A stretch of 64,000 nucleotides of DNA. Source: an uncultured bacterium (lineage in GTDB: Bacteria > Armatimonadota > Abditibacteriia > Abditibacteriales > Abditibacteriaceae). Numbering within the stretch: the first letter of the stretch is position 1; each line of letters starts with the position of its first letter. The translations under genes were made by a program, and so were the position numbers. Of the stretch, positions 61,467-64,000 are shown one piece after another. The notes below the pieces were generated by a model. The model saw nothing but the letters and a program-made list of their open reading frames with translations. It was not told the origin of the DNA and ran no database searches. The stretch is from contig CAWJLW010000006.1 in the NCBI GenBank assembly GCA_963843795.1, forward strand, positions 1,178,001-1,242,000. The letters run 5' to 3'.

Positions 61467-62588
61467 ATGATAGAAATCAAAATGATTAGTACTCGCGACC
61501 TCGTGTTTTCCGTCATCCTTATCCTCCTTTTCGCTCTTCCCGCCGTTGCGGGAGTCGTACCGATCAACCCTGCGAAGGCGAAGCTCGACGAAGACGGCTC
61601 GATTGCGTGGTATGACGGCCGGGATATCGGGATCGGCGGTAAGGGCTGGGCAAAGACCAGCGCGCCGTATTCTCGCCTTCCCGAAACGGCGGAGGGGAAG
61701 GTCACGATTCCCGACTGGGGTTTGAGCAATCTCAGCGCGGGACTCTTTCTACGATTCAACACGAGCAGTCCGTCCTTCAAGGTGCGCTGGAGTCTCATTC
61801 ATAAGGAACTGGACATGCCTCATATGCCGGCCACCGGCGTGAGCGGCGTGGACCTGTACGCAAAGGACGCGAATGGGCAGTGGCGGTTCGTCGCCAACGG
61901 CCGCCCGACTGGGAGTAAGAACACGGTCGACTTTCCGGGCGGACCCGACCGCGAATATTTGCTCTACCTCCCGCTCTACAACGGCGTTGTCTCGCTCGAA
62001 GTCGGCATTCCAAAAGATCAGCGCCTTGCCATGTCGGAGGCACCGGCTCGCCCCACTCGACCAATCGTCTGGTATGGGCACTCCATTACACAGGGAGGCT
62101 GCGCTTCGCGACCGGGAATGGCGTGCACGAACCTCGTGTCGCGCGCTTTGGATCGAGAGATCATCAACCTGGGGTTCAGCGGCAGTGGGACGATGGATGA
62201 AGGAATGGCTGGCGTGCTCGCCGAGCTGGACCCGGCAGTCTTCGTGCTCGACTGCGGCGCGAACATGACCGCTGAGCAAATCACTGCCCGCGTCGGACCG
62301 TTCGTCCGGATCCTTAGAGCCGCGCATCCCGATACGCCGATCCTGCTGGTCGAGGAGTACCATTATCTGAATCTGAAGACGCTCAAGGGCGAGTTGCAGA
62401 AGCAGGAGTACGATAAGCTGAAGGCAGCAGGCGACACTGACCTCCACTGGCTGCCCGCGGCTGGGATGCTGGGCGAAGACGGCGACGGAACCGTTGACGG
62501 TGTTCATCCCAACGACGTGGGGATGGTGCGGCAGGCCAAGACCTTTGGCAACGCCCTATCGGAGATCCTGAAATCCGGCACGAAGTGA
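61467..62588 (+). CDS. Secreted SGNH/GDSL hydrolase with GxDLY-type N-terminal domain
   Basis: HMPATGVSGVDLY, LYLPLYN, YGHSITQGGCASRPG, NLGFSGSG, DGVHPND. Confidence 0.85.
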   Translation: MIEIKMISTRDLVFSVILILLFALPAVAGVVPINPAKAKLDEDGSIAWYDGRDIGIGGKGWAKTSAPYSRLPETAEGKVTIPDWGLSNLSAGLFLRFNTSSPSFKVRWSLIHKELDMPHMPATGVSGVDLYAKDANGQWRFVANGRPTGSKNTVDFPGGPDREYLLYLPLYNGVVSLEVGIPKDQRLAMSEAPARPTRPIVWYGHSITQGGCASRPGMACTNLVSRALDREIINLGFSGSGTMDEGMAGVLAELDPAVFVLDCGANMTAEQITARVGPFVRILRAAHPDTPILLVEEYHYLNLKTLKGELQKQEYDKLKAAGDTDLHWLPAAGMLGEDGDGTVDGVHPNDVGMVRQAKTFGNALSEILKSGTK

Positions 62589-62649
62589 TGATGTAGAGGC
62601 GGGCGCAGTCGTGCACGCCGAATTGTGTCAACTACGGATTCTCGCCATA

Positions 62650-63202
62650 ACATTCTGGTGCGGCGATATCACCTATCTGCCGACTGCCAGCGGCGGGGTT
62701 TACTGGGCAATGATGAAAGACGTGTTCTCACGGCGCATTGTTGGCTAGATAGTCGATGACAACTTGGAAGCAACCAGTGTTGCTTCTGCATGGCAAAGTG
62801 CTTTGGAAATACGTGGTTTTGGCACAGGTGAAGGGCCTGAACTTTACCACAGTGATCGCGGCAGTCGATACTGTGGCGGATTGTTCCAGAGCTACTCAAA
62901 TATTCCGGCACGCTGCCCAGCCTGAGCGGCAAAGCAGAGAGCTTAGATAACGCCGTAGCAGAAAGTGTTTTGGCACCTTGAAAGCTGAAGTGCTGGCCGA
63001 TTAGCCCAGCAGTTGCTCTGCCAGCAAAATGGTGGCGGTGTTGCTGGTGGCGTTATTGGCGGGTGACTATATCGACAACTTTTACAACTCGATTCGCAAG
63101 CGTTCTGCGTTGGGCAACAAATGCCCAATTGCTTTTGAGTTGGCGTATCAGATCTATACACAATAGCTCTTATCTTGCTGCCCGCTTTTTGGGGTAGGGT
63201 TG
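62650..63202 (+). pseudogene. Degenerate IS3-family transposase (integrase core) remnant with possible right IR
   Basis: Broken frames give WCGDITYLPT...DVFSRRIVG*, HSDRGSRY, DNAVAES..TLKAE, YIDNFYNSIRKRSALG..PIAFE; IR-like TGCCCGCTTTTTGGGGTAGGGT near 63179. Confidence 0.85.
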
Positions 63203-63250
63203 GGTCTCGCACTCCACCAGAGCGAAGAAGAGCGTCATTCTGATTTGTGT

Positions 63251-64000
63251 TTAGCGCGCCTTGACTTCAAATGAGCGCCTTTGCTCCAGGCGCAGGAAGC
63301 TGATTTGATCCCAACGCACACCCAGCGCACCGTCGGCACGTTTCCGTAATTTTAAATTCGGCGTCGCAACCCGCCATATTCCGTTTGACAAAGAAATCCA
63401 GCAAATTTCATGGCTCCTGTTTCTTCCGGGCATTGGCTGCGCCGTAATCTCAATCACGCTGAAACCGCCACTCGCCCGCCGAACCAGAACGTGCAGAACT
63501 TGATCGTGCCAGCCGATGCGATCAATGGAAAATTCCGGCCAATCCTGCGGCAAGCGTGGATCAAGCGAGAACCCGTCGCCCCGTGGTTTGAAGCCCATGA
63601 ATCCATCGATTAAGACTTGAGAAACTAAAACGCTTTCCTTGAATTCGTTGTCCAAGCCCAATCCACCAGCCTCTCCTCCTCCTTGCAAAGTCGCTCCGCC
63701 AGGGTGAGAGGCGTAAAAAGCGCGATAACCACCTGCCTCAGTGACTTCACCAAACCACTTGGCGATTTCTTTTAAGCGCCTCCAAGCGTCATCTGGGCCC
63801 TTGGTCTGGAGGCGCGCCATAAGATCGTGGTAGGAAAACGCCAACACCGCGCCTCCGTCTTGTACTTGATTGCCCCAGAGAGTGTTCTCAGGCTTGCCCC
63901 ACCAGAAGGTATAATAGTCGAGATTGCGCTTGGTCGTGGAGCGTGGCCCAAAACGCCAATGATAAATGTCGGCACCCTGTGATGTGTCGCCTGCCACGAT
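63251..64000 (-). CDS. C-terminal part of a probable glycoside-hydrolase-like protein (starts beyond window)
   Basis: Open frame to the window edge; QVQDGGA, LQGGGEAGGLGLDNEFKES, GFMGFKPRGDGFSLDPRLPQDW resembles six-hairpin glycosidase C-termini. Confidence 0.5.
   Translation of the reverse strand: MVAGDTSQGADIYHWRFGPRSTTKRNLDYYTFWWGKPENTLWGNQVQDGGAVLAFSYHDLMARLQTKGPDDAWRRLKEIAKWFGEVTEAGGYRAFYASHPGGATLQGGGEAGGLGLDNEFKESVLVSQVLIDGFMGFKPRGDGFSLDPRLPQDWPEFSIDRIGWHDQVLHVLVRRASGGFSVIEITAQPMPGRNRSHEICWISLSNGIWRVATPNLKLRKRADGALGVRWDQISFLRLEQRRSFEVKAR

Overview
A 64-kb bacterial chromosome segment, roughly 55% GC by eye. The gene mix (DUF6785 transporter, DUF5695, YHYH/HupE pair, many secreted glycosidases, an outer-membrane barrel) suggests Armatimonadota/Abditibacteriota; this is inference only. 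It holds housekeeping genes (queA, bioB, prs, mtnP, tatA-like, moeA, ispE, rsmA, secA, tRNA-Ala), carbohydrate-use genes, three GTAG-type REP doublets, and a probable foreign patch with an IS3 remnant after the tRNA. Main observations: (1) The 12-bp palindrome GCAAGTACTTGC occurs about 41 times by hand count (about 1 per 1.5 kb, versus about 0.004 expected). It sits in most intergenic gaps and inside genes in all three frames, and often forms the exact centre of locus-specific 24-68 bp palindromes. This is a candidate HIP1/DUS-like iterated chromosomal signal. (2) A 2229-aa SecA has about 660 extra residues of helical repeats in the PPXD region and a degenerate internal duplicate of part of NBD2, and is preceded by a signal-peptide ORF in the SecM position. 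(3) A consensus-promoter-driven ~77-nt orphan sRNA candidate. Many +1 frameshifts look like sequencing errors.
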